Positions 1-9,967 of a stretch of DNA of 64,000 bases are shown in pieces. Numbering within the stretch: the stretch's first letter is position 1; each line of letters begins with the position of its first letter. Source of the DNA: Kofleriaceae bacterium (GTDB lineage: Bacteria > Myxococcota_A > Polyangia > Haliangiales > Haliangiaceae); assembly GCA_046597055.1 (NCBI GenBank), contig JBKJLC010000084.1:28774-92773 (forward strand). Reading direction: 5' to 3'. The position numbers and the translations under genes were made by a program. The notes beneath the pieces were generated by a model that had not been told where the DNA came from, made no database searches, and saw nothing but the letters and a program-made list of their open reading frames with translations.

Positions 1-198
1 CGCGGTCCGGAGCCTCAGCCATCCCAGCCGGGTACCGCGGGGGCGGACCCCCGTCAAGGTCGGCTACCGCGCGTGTCCCCGCGCCGCGGGCTCGTGGATC
101 CTGCCAACCTGCGCGCATCCAAGCTGCTGCTGATCTGACCCGAGGTCAGCGGCCGGGCGGCCACCGGTCGCGGCGGGGTGGGTCTGGTACGCTGCCGC

Positions 199-912
199 AT
201 GGACACCGGGGTCGACGTGCTCGAGGTCGAGTTGCAGCGCGCCCTCGCCGCCGCACCGGAGCGGCTCGATCTGGTCGCGCTGGCGATCGCTCGCCTGGAC
301 GACGCGCGCGTCGATGACGAGCAGGTGCTCGGCCAGCTGGATCGCTGGGGCGCCGCGGTGCGCGCCGCGGTCCGGGCGCCGCGGCCGAGCGGGCTCGAGG
401 CGCTGGCGGTCGTGCTCGGCGGGGAGAACGGCCTGCGGGGTGACGACGCCGAGTACGACGAGCCCGCGAACAGCTTCCTGCCGCGCGTGCTCGAGCGCCG
501 GCGCGGGCTGCCCATCGCGCTGTCGGTCGTCTACCTCGAGGTGGCGCGCCGCGCCGGCATTCCGCTGTTCGGCCTGGCCTTGCCCGGGCACTTCGTGGTC
601 GCCCAGGAGGCCGACCCCGGCGCGCTCGTCGTGCTCGATCCGTTCGCCGGTGGCCAGGTGATGAGCCACGGCGAGCTGCAGACGACCCTCGCCCGGGTCG
701 GTGCCTCGCTGCGGCCGGCCATGCTCGAGCCCGCGTCCGCGCACACGATCGCCTGCCGCATGCTGCGCAACCTGGTCGGCAGCTACCAGCGCCGGGCGCG
801 CTGGGACATGGTGCGAGCCGCCGCGGCGCTCCTGCGCGCGATCGAGCCCGGCGACCCCACCGCGCGCCACGCGATGGACGATGCGGCGCCGTCCGACGAC
901 GACCTCAACTGA
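199..912 (+). CDS. SirB1/transglutaminase-like (Transglut_core2) protein
   Basis: NSFLPRVLERRRGLPIALSVVY and ALPGHF motifs, LDPF, RMLRNL. ATG 199 preceded by TACGCT. Confidence 0.85.
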   Translation: MDTGVDVLEVELQRALAAAPERLDLVALAIARLDDARVDDEQVLGQLDRWGAAVRAAVRAPRPSGLEALAVVLGGENGLRGDDAEYDEPANSFLPRVLERRRGLPIALSVVYLEVARRAGIPLFGLALPGHFVVAQEADPGALVVLDPFAGGQVMSHGELQTTLARVGASLRPAMLEPASAHTIACRMLRNLVGSYQRRARWDMVRAAAALLRAIEPGDPTARHAMDDAAPSDDDLN

Positions 913-920
913 GAGACCCC

Positions 921-1721
921 ATGGTCATCCCCGACTTCGTGCCCGGCATCACGGCGCCGTCCACCACGGGCCGTCAGTTCATCGTGCGCGACCACCGGCT
1001 GCTGGTGGTCCGCCACGATCAGCGGCCGACGCTGCCGGTCGGCCCGGTCGACGATCGCTGGCTCTACCTCGGACAGCACGGCGAGACGGCCTGCTTCGCG
1101 CTCGGCCTGGCCGCCGACGAGCCGCTGCCAGGCGACGGTGAGCTGGTCGCCCTGCGGGGCCTGTTCGGGGCCTTGCCCGACCACGACTTCGCGATCGCTG
1201 CCCGGGCGCTCGGGCTGACGACCTGGGACGCCGACCACCGCTTCTGCGGGCGGTGCGGAGGCCCGACCGCGCGGTCGACCCTCGAGCGCGCGCGGGTGTG
1301 CGCCCGGTGCACGCTCAGCCACTTTCCCCGGGTGTCGCCGGCGGTGATCGCGCTGGTCGAGCGGGACGGCCACGCGCTGCTCGCGCGCAACGCGCGGTTC
1401 CCCCACGCCTTCCACAGCTGCCTGGCCGGGTTCGTCGAGGTCGGCGAGACGCTCGAGGCGACCGTCGCGCGCGAGGTCCACGAGGAGGTCGGCATCCAGG
1501 TCGCGGACATCCGCTACGCCGGCAGCCAGCCGTGGCCGTTCACCAGCTCGCTGATGATCGGCTTCACCGCCCAGTACGCCGGGGGCGAGCTCACCCCCGA
1601 CGGCGACGAGATCGTCGAGGCCGGCTGGTTCGCGCCCGATGCGCTGCCGCCGCTGCCAGGCGCCATCAGCATCGCGCGCCAGCTGATCGACGGGTTCGTC
1701 GCCCGCCACCGCCGGACCTGA
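921..1721 (+). CDS. nudC: NAD(+)/NADH diphosphatase (Nudix, NudC)
   Basis: Zn ribbon FCGRCG..CARC, Nudix box AGFVEVGETLEATVAREVHEEVG, SQPWPF signature. Confidence 0.93.
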   Translation: MVIPDFVPGITAPSTTGRQFIVRDHRLLVVRHDQRPTLPVGPVDDRWLYLGQHGETACFALGLAADEPLPGDGELVALRGLFGALPDHDFAIAARALGLTTWDADHRFCGRCGGPTARSTLERARVCARCTLSHFPRVSPAVIALVERDGHALLARNARFPHAFHSCLAGFVEVGETLEATVAREVHEEVGIQVADIRYAGSQPWPFTSSLMIGFTAQYAGGELTPDGDEIVEAGWFAPDALPPLPGAISIARQLIDGFVARHRRT

Positions 1722-1789
1722 TCGGCGGCCAGCGGTGCCCGGCGCCGAGTCAGCCGGCTGCGACCCGGACCCGTGCAGTAGACTGCGGC

Positions 1790-2497
1790 GTGCTCGGCGC
1801 CGACGAGGTCGCGGTCTTCTTCGCCCGGCCCGAGGCGCTCGCCGAGCCCGATCGGCGGGCGGCCGCGCTGGCGATCCTGACGCCGGCCGAGCTGCCGCGG
1901 CTCGCGCGGTTCCGCTTCGACCGCGACCGCGACGTGGCCCTGGCGTCGCGCGCGCTGCAGCGGCGCGCGCTGTCGCGGTGTGCCCCGGTCGCGCCCGCGG
2001 CGTGGCGGTTCGCCACCACCGCGCACGGCCGCCCGGAGATCGTGGCGCCGGCCTCGCGGCTCCGCTTCAACGTCGCCAACACCCACGGCCTGGTCGCGTG
2101 CGCGGTCACGCTCGATCGCGAGCTCGGCCTCGACGTCGAGGCCGTGCGGGCCGACGCGCCGGCCGAGATCGTCGACAGCCACTTCGCGCCGAGCGAGCAG
2201 GCGGCGCTCTGGGCGCTGCCGGCCGACCAGCAGGCGCGCCGCTTCGTCGCGCTGTGGACGCTCAAGGAGGCCTACGTGAAGGCGCGCGGCGTCGGCCTCG
2301 AGCTCCCGCTCGATCGGTTCTGGTACCAGCTCGACGCCGGCCCGCCCCGCCTCACGATCGCGCCCGAGCTACGCGACGACGCGGCGACCTGGCAGATCGC
2401 GCTGTGGTCGCCGACCGCGGACCACGTCGCCGCGCTGTGCGTGCGGCGGCCGGCCGGGCCCCCGCTGGCGATCGGGCATCACTGGGACGCCGGTTGA
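1790..2497 (+). CDS. 4'-phosphopantetheinyl transferase, Sfp type
   Basis: GRP, LRFNV, LGLDVE and WTLKEAYVKARGVGL motifs. Start placed at GTG 1790 after TAGACT. Confidence 0.9.
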   Translation: MLGADEVAVFFARPEALAEPDRRAAALAILTPAELPRLARFRFDRDRDVALASRALQRRALSRCAPVAPAAWRFATTAHGRPEIVAPASRLRFNVANTHGLVACAVTLDRELGLDVEAVRADAPAEIVDSHFAPSEQAALWALPADQQARRFVALWTLKEAYVKARGVGLELPLDRFWYQLDAGPPRLTIAPELRDDAATWQIALWSPTADHVAALCVRRPAGPPLAIGHHWDAG

Positions 2498-2514
2498 TCC
2501 GGTGTCGGTTCCGA

Positions 2515-3237
2515 TCAGGCGAGGTTGTGATAGACGTTCTGGACGTCGTCGTCTTCCTCGAGCGTGGCGACCAGCTTGAGCACCTCGTTGGCCTTCTCCT
2601 CCGGGAGCTCGACCAGGGTCGCCGGCACGTACTCGAACTCGGACGAGATGATCTCGAGGCCGCGGGCCTCGACCGCGGCCATGAGGCTGCCGAAGTCGGT
2701 GAACGCGCAGCGGATGACGATCTGCGGCTCGCCCTTCTCGCTCTGGCCGTCGCCGAGCTCCTGCAGGCCGTGGTCGATGAGGTCGAGCTCGAGCGCCTCG
2801 AGGTCGAGGCCGTCGGGCGCGAGCCGGAGCACGCCCATGCGCTGGAACAGGAAGCCGACGCTGCCGGTGCTGCCGAAATTGCCGCCGTGATCGCGGAAGT
2901 GCATCCGCACGTTGGCCACGGTCCGGGTCACGTTGTCGGTCGCGCACTCGACCAGGAGCGCGATGCCGTGGGGCGCGTAGCCCTCGTAGACCACGACGTC
3001 GTAGTCGGCGGCGCCCTGGCCGCTCGCCTTCTTGATCGCGGCGTCGAGCTTCTCCTTCGGCATGTTGGAGGCGCGCGCGTTCTGCAGGATCCGGCGCAGC
3101 GAGGGATTGCCGTCCGGGTGGGGCCCGCCCGCCTTCACGGCGATCGTGATGTCCTTGCCGATCTTGGCGAACAGCTTTCCGACCCGGGCACCGCGGGCAA
3201 AGATGGTGGACTTGCGTTTTTCGAAGGCTCGCCCCAT
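2515..3237 (-). CDS. yebC: YebC/PmpR family protein
   Basis: [40 protein letters not shown]. Confidence 0.95.
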   Translation of the reverse strand: MGRAFEKRKSTIFARGARVGKLFAKIGKDITIAVKAGGPHPDGNPSLRRILQNARASNMPKEKLDAAIKKASGQGAADYDVVVYEGYAPHGIALLVECATDNVTRTVANVRMHFRDHGGNFGSTGSVGFLFQRMGVLRLAPDGLDLEALELDLIDHGLQELGDGQSEKGEPQIVIRCAFTDFGSLMAAVEARGLEIISSEFEYVPATLVELPEEKANEVLKLVATLEEDDDVQNVYHNLA

Positions 3238-3345
3238 GGCCGGCGCACTCTAGGCCGCGCGGCGGCGTCCGTCACGGGCTTGGGCACCCAAGGTGCCGGG
3301 GCCGACCTCGAGGCCGCGGGCGGCTGATCGGCTAGGGTTGCCGCC

Positions 3346-4224
3346 GTGCGCATCGCGACCTGGAACGTGAACTCGCTGAAGGCCCGGATCGACAAGGTCT
3401 GGTGGTGGCTCGACCGCGCGCAGCCCGACGTGCTGCTCATGCAGGAGACCAAGCTCGGCGACCACGATGCGCCGCACGAGGCGTTCCGCGCCCACGGCTA
3501 CCAGCTGGCCCACCACGGCGAGGGCCGCTGGAACGGCGTCGCGATCGCCAGCAAGTGCGGCCTCGACCAGGTCGTGACCCACTTCGGTCAGCCGCTGGCC
3601 GCGGTCGCCGGCCCCGGCACCGGCGACGACCAGCCCGCGGCCGAAGCCCGCATGATCGCGGCGGTGTGCGGCGGGGTCCGGGTGGTCAGCCTGTACGCCC
3701 CCAACGGCCGGGCGGTCGGGACCGTCCACTACCAGGCCAAGCTCGCCTGGTACGACCGGCTGGCGCGCTGGCTTGGCGAGGCGAACGACCCGGCGGCGCC
3801 GCTCTTGCTCGGCGGCGACTACAACGTCGCGCCCGGCGACGGCGACGTGTGGGATGCGACCGCATGCCATGGCGGTACCCACGTTTCGCAGCCCGAGCGC
3901 GACGGGTTCGCCCGCCTGCTGCAGTGGGGCCTGGTCGATGGCTACCGGCGCCACGCCGACCCGTCGGGCCGCTTCACCTGGTGGGACTACCGGGCCGGCT
4001 GCTTCCAGAAGAATTTCGGCATGCGCATCGACCACCTGCTGGTCACCGCCAGCGTGGCGGCTCGCAGCCGCTGGGCCGAGATCGATCGCGAGGCGCGCAA
4101 GGGCAAGCCGATCCCGTCGGACCACGCCCCGGTCCTGATCGATCTCGACGAGCCCGGGGTGCCGCTCGACGCGGGCTGGGCCGGCGCCGCCGCGCGCCGC
4201 GCCGCCCGCCGCGCCGCCCGCTGA
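3346..4224 (+). CDS. xth: exodeoxyribonuclease III (AP endonuclease)
   Basis: IATWNVNS, QETK, WNGVAI, YAPNG, GDYNVAP, TWWDYR, RIDH, SDHAP. Confidence 0.95.
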   Translation: MRIATWNVNSLKARIDKVWWWLDRAQPDVLLMQETKLGDHDAPHEAFRAHGYQLAHHGEGRWNGVAIASKCGLDQVVTHFGQPLAAVAGPGTGDDQPAAEARMIAAVCGGVRVVSLYAPNGRAVGTVHYQAKLAWYDRLARWLGEANDPAAPLLLGGDYNVAPGDGDVWDATACHGGTHVSQPERDGFARLLQWGLVDGYRRHADPSGRFTWWDYRAGCFQKNFGMRIDHLLVTASVAARSRWAEIDREARKGKPIPSDHAPVLIDLDEPGVPLDAGWAGAAARRAARRAAR

Positions 4225-4234
4225 GGTCGGCTCG

Positions 4235-5023
4235 TCAGGTCTTGAGGCGGTAGCCGGTCCGGAACATCCAGCCGATCACGACGACGCAGGCGACCAGGAA
4301 GCCGAGCGTGATCGCCAGGCTGACGCCGACCGAGACGTCGGCGGTCTCGTAGAAGCTCCAGCGCAGCCCGCTGATCAGGTAGACGATCGGGTTGAACAGC
4401 GTGATCGTGCGCCAGGTCGGCGACAGCATGTCGACCGAGTAGAATGCGCCGCCGAGGAACGTCAGCGGCGTCACCACCAGCATCGGGACGATCTGCAGCT
4501 GCTCGAAGCCCTTGGCCCAGATCCCGATGATGAAGCCGAACAGGCTGAACGTCGTGGCGGTGAGGATCATGAACGCCGCCATCCACACCGGGTGCATGAT
4601 CCGGATCGGCACGAACAGCGCGGCGGTCGCCAGGATGATCAGCCCGAGGATGATCGACTTGGTCGCGGCCGCGCCCACGTACGCGATCACGATCTCCAGG
4701 TAGGAGACGGGCGCCGACAGCAGCTCGTAGATGGTGCCGGTGAACTTGGGGAAGTAGATCCCGAACGAGGCGTTCGACAGGCTCTGGGTGAACAGCGACA
4801 GCATGATGAGCCCGGGCACGATGAACGCGCCGTAGGGCACGTCGTTCACCTCGGCCATCCGGCTCCCGATCGCGGCCCCGAACACCACGAAATAGAGCGC
4901 GGTGCTGATCACCGGCGCGACCAGGCTCTGCCACAGGGTGCGGCCGAACCGGGCCATCTCGAACCGGTAGATCGCCCACACCGAGTGACGGTTGAACGCG
5001 ATGCTGGGCTTGGTCGTGGTCAC
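4235..5023 (-). CDS. ABC-2 type transporter permease (YadH-like)
   Basis: Six hydrophobic segments, [32 protein letters not shown]. Coupled to the upstream ATPase. Confidence 0.9.
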   Translation of the reverse strand: MTTTKPSIAFNRHSVWAIYRFEMARFGRTLWQSLVAPVISTALYFVVFGAAIGSRMAEVNDVPYGAFIVPGLIMLSLFTQSLSNASFGIYFPKFTGTIYELLSAPVSYLEIVIAYVGAAATKSIILGLIILATAALFVPIRIMHPVWMAAFMILTATTFSLFGFIIGIWAKGFEQLQIVPMLVVTPLTFLGGAFYSVDMLSPTWRTITLFNPIVYLISGLRWSFYETADVSVGVSLAITLGFLVACVVVIGWMFRTGYRLKT

Positions 5024-5943
5024 GCGCGGTCACTCACCAGGCTGAGGAAGATGTCTTCGAGCGAGCTCTGATGGGTGTTCAGGTCCTTGAACCCGATCCC
5101 GAGCTCGCTCGTGCGCTTCAGCAGCGCCGCGATGCCGTGCTCCTCGTTCACGTCGTACGTGTACTCCAGCTCGTTGCCGCTGGCCCTGAGCGTGAGCGGC
5201 CAGGTCGCCAGCTCGGCCGGGATCGCGGTCAACGGCTCCTGCAGCGTGAGGCGCAGCTGCTTCTTGCCGAGCTTCTTCATCAGGGTCGCCTTGTCCTCGG
5301 TCAAGATCAGCTCGCCCTTGCGGAGCACGCCGATCCGGTCGGCCATCTCCTCGGCCTCGTCGATGTAGTGGGTCGTCAGGATGATGGTCACGCCGCGCTC
5401 GCGCAGGCGTCGGACCAGCGCCCACATGTCGCGGCGCAGCTCGACGCCGACGCCGGCGGTCGGCTCGTCGAGGAACAGGATCTCGGGCTCGTGCGACAGC
5501 GCCTTCGCGATCATCACGCGCCGCTTCATGCCGCCCGACAGCGTCATGATCTTCTCCTGGCGCTTGTCCCACAGCGACAGGTCGCGCAGCACCTGCTCGA
5601 GGTAGGCCCGGCTCGGCGCCTTCCCGAACAGGCCGCGGCTGAAGCTGACCGTCGCCCACACCGTCTCGAACGCGTCGGTGGACAGCTCCTGCGGCACCAG
5701 GCCGATCTTGCGGCGGGCCGCGCGGTAGTCGGCGACGATGTCGTGGCCGTCGGCGGTCACGCTGCCCGAGGTCGCGGTGACGATGCCGCACACGATGCTG
5801 ATCAGGGTGGTCTTGCCGGCGCCGTTGGGCCCGAGCAGGCCGAAGATCTCGCCCTTGCGGATCTCGAGGTTGATGTTCTTGAGCGCCTGGAGGCCGGACG
5901 CGTACGTCTTGGTCAGGTTCGCGATCGCGACGATCGGGGGCAC
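5020..5943 (-). CDS. ABC transporter ATP-binding protein (YadG-like)
   Basis: Walker [18 protein letters not shown] signature, Walker B LFLDEPT, H-loop TTH. Confidence 0.95.
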   Translation of the reverse strand: MPPIVAIANLTKTYASGLQALKNINLEIRKGEIFGLLGPNGAGKTTLISIVCGIVTATSGSVTADGHDIVADYRAARRKIGLVPQELSTDAFETVWATVSFSRGLFGKAPSRAYLEQVLRDLSLWDKRQEKIMTLSGGMKRRVMIAKALSHEPEILFLDEPTAGVGVELRRDMWALVRRLRERGVTIILTTHYIDEAEEMADRIGVLRKGELILTEDKATLMKKLGKKQLRLTLQEPLTAIPAELATWPLTLRASGNELEYTYDVNEEHGIAALLKRTSELGIGFKDLNTHQSSLEDIFLSLVSDRA

Positions 5944-6098
5944 CGCGCGACCTTAGCGTACGCCGCCGGCGGGGGTCGCCGGCCGGCCCCGGTCAACCGG
6001 TCAGGTGAGAAACCGGCCAGCCCCGGGCGTGCCCTGCGTCATCGCTACCCGATCCATCCTGCGAATCTGGCCCCGCATCGTGGTAGCCATCGCGGTCC

Positions 6099-8129
6099 AT
6101 GCCGCACCCGTTTCCGTACTTCGGCCAGGGGAGCGCGCTCGCCGACGAGCTCTCGCCGCTCGTCGTCTTCGTGTCCGAGGTCCCCGCCGCCGAGCTGGCC
6201 CGGGTGGCCGCGACCGCGCCCGCGCCGGTGCGGGACTCGATCCAGACCGGGCCGCGCTGGCTCCAGCTCAAGGGCAGCGACCACTACCTGGCCGACGCCC
6301 GGCGCTGGGTGCGCGACGCCAACCTCAGCGGCGCGCGCTCGGACGACAAGGCGTTCACCGCGATCGCCGAGGCGCTCGAGCGCTGGATCCTGGAGCTGCA
6401 CCAGACCCACCCGGTCGCGCTGTTCTTCGTCGACTCGATGGAGGAGGGCAGCAGCACCTCCGGTGCCTGGCACGCGTGGTCGATCGAGCACTACGGCGAC
6501 CTGGTCCGGCCGGTGGTCGCCCGACTGCGCGCCGACGGTGCCCGCGATCACGCGAGCTGGATCGCGACCAACTTCCTGAAGTTCGGGGCGGTCCCGGGCG
6601 CGGAGGACCTCCGCGCGATGGCCGACGACGATGGCCCGGCGACGATCGGGAACATCAACCGCCGGTGCATCTCGATCATGCACCTCACCCGCACCCAGGG
6701 CGACGGCGTGCTCGCGGAGCTGGGGCCGTACGCCGAACTCGGCTACTGGGCCTGCGCGGCGGTGCCCGAGCTGGTGTCCGATCCGGCCCGGTTCCCGGCC
6801 CACCTGGCGGCGCTGGCGCAGGCGTGTCCGGGCAAGCACCCGGACGTGCTGCAGCAGCTCCTGGTCGACGCGGCCACGCGGCTGGTCGCCGACGGCTTTC
6901 CGTTGATCGTGACGCTCGAGCACTTCCCCGGGCGCAAGGCGCGGCCGCGTCGCGAGCTGGTCGCGGTCGCGCTCGAGATCGTCGCGGTCGCGGCGGCGCT
7001 GGCGCCGCTGACCTGGCCGCAGGTCGACGCGCTGGTGAGCACGGTGCGGTCGCTGGGCGCCGAGCGCGAGCTGGCGCGGGTGGTGCTCGCGTCGACGCTG
7101 GCGGCCGCGACGCCGCTCACCCGCCCGGCCATCCTCAAGTGGGGGCGGGCGCTGCTCGCGCAGGCGACCGCGCGGGGTGACGTCGAGGCGACGGCGTGGC
7201 TGACCGCGGTGCCGAGCCTCTACCTCGTGCCCGAGGTGATCGAGCTGCCGGTCGAAGGCGCGACCCATCCCCACCTGGCGCGGTTGAACGCCGCGCGGCT
7301 CGAGGTGAGCTACCGCGGGTCGGCCGAGCCGCAGCTCGTGCAGGTGCAGATCGTGGGCGCGCCGCACCCCGGCCGCGCGCCCGGCTATGCCCGCGCCATG
7401 GCCAACCTGGTCGATCTGATGAACAGCGGCGTCGCCGGCGGCGGTCGGTTCGCGCCCGAGCTGGGCGAGGCCGAGATCGTCGAGGGTCGCGAGCAAGGCG
7501 ACGGCCCCGACTTCGCGTGGACCCTCCGCCTGCGGGCGATCGACGCCGGCTTCGTGGCGGTGGCGCTCCACCTGCTCGGCGACTCCTGGAACCCCATCGG
7601 CCAGGCCCGCGAGGTCCGCTACTGCCCGAAACACGTGCGCATCGTCGGCGAGCTGGCGCTCGACGACTCGGGCGACGCGGTGCGGACCGACGACGTCCTG
7701 TGCGCGCTGATCGATCCGTCCCCGGCCTACCGCGCTTGGCCGGAGCTGCCGTTCCCGGTCAAGGAGGCCAAGAAGGCCAAGACCGCGCGCTTCTCGCTCA
7801 AGCTCGCCGCGATCGACCCCGAGCGCAAGGCGGCCTTCGAGCAGCATGTCCACATGCTGGGCGCGATGTTCGATGCCCACCCGCAGAGCGGCACCGGCAA
7901 CCGGCGCGGCCCCACCGCGGTCGGCAAGACCCAGCTGGGCGTGCCGTTCGCGGAGCTGACGTTGCCAGCCGAGCTCGCGCGTGGGCCGCTGCTCAACATG
8001 GCGCGCCACTTTCATGTCCGGGTGGCGCCGGTGAGCTGGGTCGAGGTCGCGCTCGGCGAGCCGGCGGCGGCGGTGGTGGTGGAAGGAAGCGGTAACGAGG
8101 GTGAGGAGCCGGTAACGCCGCCGTCTTGA
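6099..8129 (+). CDS. hypothetical protein (676 aa)
   Basis: Long ORF with G/C-ending codons and protein-like composition. No motif recognised. Confidence 0.7.
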   Translation: MPHPFPYFGQGSALADELSPLVVFVSEVPAAELARVAATAPAPVRDSIQTGPRWLQLKGSDHYLADARRWVRDANLSGARSDDKAFTAIAEALERWILELHQTHPVALFFVDSMEEGSSTSGAWHAWSIEHYGDLVRPVVARLRADGARDHASWIATNFLKFGAVPGAEDLRAMADDDGPATIGNINRRCISIMHLTRTQGDGVLAELGPYAELGYWACAAVPELVSDPARFPAHLAALAQACPGKHPDVLQQLLVDAATRLVADGFPLIVTLEHFPGRKARPRRELVAVALEIVAVAAALAPLTWPQVDALVSTVRSLGAERELARVVLASTLAAATPLTRPAILKWGRALLAQATARGDVEATAWLTAVPSLYLVPEVIELPVEGATHPHLARLNAARLEVSYRGSAEPQLVQVQIVGAPHPGRAPGYARAMANLVDLMNSGVAGGGRFAPELGEAEIVEGREQGDGPDFAWTLRLRAIDAGFVAVALHLLGDSWNPIGQAREVRYCPKHVRIVGELALDDSGDAVRTDDVLCALIDPSPAYRAWPELPFPVKEAKKAKTARFSLKLAAIDPERKAAFEQHVHMLGAMFDAHPQSGTGNRRGPTAVGKTQLGVPFAELTLPAELARGPLLNMARHFHVRVAPVSWVEVALGEPAAAVVVEGSGNEGEEPVTPPS

Positions 8130-8186
8130 CGGGCAACCTGCGTTCGAAGGCGCGGCGCGGGGCCGCCGAGCGCTTATCCTCCCGCG

Positions 8187-8819
8187 ATGATCACTCTCCA
8201 CTTCGCCCCGAGCACGGCCAGCCTGGTCGTGCACTGGCTGCTGATCGAGCTCGCGATCCCGCACGAGCTGCACGCGGTCGACCTCGAGGCCGGCGAGCAC
8301 AAGACGCCCGCCTATCTCGCGCTCAACCCGTCGGGCGTGGTGCCGACGCTGGTGGTCGACGGGACCCCGATCTGCGAGGCCGCGGCGATCGTGATGCACC
8401 TCGCCGACGTTCACCTCGGCGCCGGCCTGGCGCCCGCGGCCGGCACCGCGCCGCGCGCGCAGTACTACCGATGGATGTGCTTCATGGCGAACACGCTGCA
8501 GCCGGCCTATCGCGCCTGGTTCTATCCGTCCGAGCCGGCCGGTGACGCCAACGTCGATGCGGTGAAGGCGCAGGCCCGGCAGCGCATCGAGCGCGCGTGG
8601 GACCTGGTCGAGGCCCACCTCGCGAGCGGCGGGCCCTACCTGCTGGGCGAGACGCTCACCAGCCCTGACTTCATGCTGACGATGCTCATGCGATGGTCGC
8701 GCAACATGCCGCGGCCCGCGCACACCTGGCCCGCGCTGGCGGCGCACGCGCAGCGCATGAAGGCGCGGCCGGGGTTCCAGGAGACCTACCGGCGCGAGGG
8801 CATCACCGACTGGACCTGA
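8187..8819 (+). CDS. glutathione S-transferase
   Basis: YLALNPSGVVPTL, EAAAI..HL, PYLLGE..T.PD. Confidence 0.92.
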   Translation: MITLHFAPSTASLVVHWLLIELAIPHELHAVDLEAGEHKTPAYLALNPSGVVPTLVVDGTPICEAAAIVMHLADVHLGAGLAPAAGTAPRAQYYRWMCFMANTLQPAYRAWFYPSEPAGDANVDAVKAQARQRIERAWDLVEAHLASGGPYLLGETLTSPDFMLTMLMRWSRNMPRPAHTWPALAAHAQRMKARPGFQETYRREGITDWT

Positions 8820-8854
8820 CCGGTCGGCGCGGCCGGCGGGCGGGTCGAGTCAGC

Positions 8855-9187
8855 TCAGTCGGCGCGGCCGCAGTCGTCGGCGCCGGCGGCGTGGGCCGAG
8901 CACGCGTTCTCGTACTCGCGGCCGTCGCTGCCGGTCACCGGCGCGTCGATCTCGGCGCACACGCGCGGCCGGCCGCGGCAGACGCCGCCGCGGTCGGCGA
9001 TGCCGCAGCTGTCGTCCTCGTAGTCGCAGTACTCGGCGTCGGTGCAGGTCTGGCCAGCGAAGCCGCCGCAGGACGCGCGGCTGCCGGGATTGCCGGCCCC
9101 GTCGTCGTCGTCGTCGTCGTCGAGGTCGAGCACGCAGGCGCTGGTGGTGAGGGAAACCAGCACGGCGAGGAGAAGGGAAGGACGCAT
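8855..9187 (-). CDS. small Cys-rich lipoprotein with Kazal-like domain
   Basis: Lipobox TTSAC, poly-Asp tract, CAEIDAPVTGSDGREYENAC resembling the Kazal C-x5-PVCGxDGxTYxNxC pattern. Confidence 0.75.
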   Translation of the reverse strand: MRPSLLLAVLVSLTTSACVLDLDDDDDDDGAGNPGSRASCGGFAGQTCTDAEYCDYEDDSCGIADRGGVCRGRPRVCAEIDAPVTGSDGREYENACSAHAAGADDCGRAD

Positions 9188-9308
9188 ATCCCACGGGGAT
9201 TAGCAGGTCACGTGCCGACCTCGTCGCCGAAGCGAGACGCCGACTTGCGGGCCGAACGCCTCAGTTTTTCGCCGCGCCTGCGACCGGCGCGTGCCATACG
9301 CTGGGCCG

Positions 9309-9929
9309 ATGCAGCACGACCCGCGGACCAGCCGGATCGTCGAGCCCCTGTTCCGGATGTGGAGCCGGATCTACGACCTCGGCGTGTTCCAGGCCTACTA
9401 CGGACGGATCCACGATCGGATCCTGCGCCGGGCGCCCGGGCCGTTCGCGTCGGTGCTCGACGTCGGCTGCGGGACCGGCGAGCTGCTGGTCAAGCTGCGC
9501 AAGCGCTGGCCGGCGGCGCGGCTGGTCGGGCTCGACTTCTCGGCCGAGATGCTGGCGCGCGCGGAGGCCAAGTTGATCGGCGGCGCGGTCGAGCTGGTCC
9601 AGGGCAGCGTCTACCAGCTGCCGTTCGCCGACGGCGAGCTCGAGCTCGTGACCAACACGCTGTCGTCGCACTTCTATCAGGACCTGCCGGCCGCGGCGGC
9701 CGAGCTGGTCCGGGTGACCGCGCCCGGCGGCACCGTGGTGATGGCCAGCCTCGGCAACGGGCCCGTGCGCCACGTGCCGGGTCCGCTCGGTCGGGAGATC
9801 AACCTGGGCCAGACCGTCCATCGCTCACCCGCTCAACAGCGGCGCGTGCTCGAGGCGGCCGGGCTCGAGGTCGCGCGGATCGAGTCGCTGTTCCCGATGG
9901 CCTGGCTGTACGTGGCGCGCCGGCCCTGA
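9309..9929 (+). CDS. class I SAM-dependent methyltransferase
   Basis: VLDVGCGTG, GLDFSAEML, LPFADG, PGG. Confidence 0.9.
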   Translation: MQHDPRTSRIVEPLFRMWSRIYDLGVFQAYYGRIHDRILRRAPGPFASVLDVGCGTGELLVKLRKRWPAARLVGLDFSAEMLARAEAKLIGGAVELVQGSVYQLPFADGELELVTNTLSSHFYQDLPAAAAELVRVTAPGGTVVMASLGNGPVRHVPGPLGREINLGQTVHRSPAQQRRVLEAAGLEVARIESLFPMAWLYVARRP

Positions 9930-9967
9930 GCCCGCATCGCGCGGCGAGGCGCTCGGCGCCCCGGCCG

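Noticed and set aside
1790..2497. Sfp PPTase as a sign of an NRPS/PKS cluster
   Set aside because: No carrier-protein, KS, A or C domains in the window.
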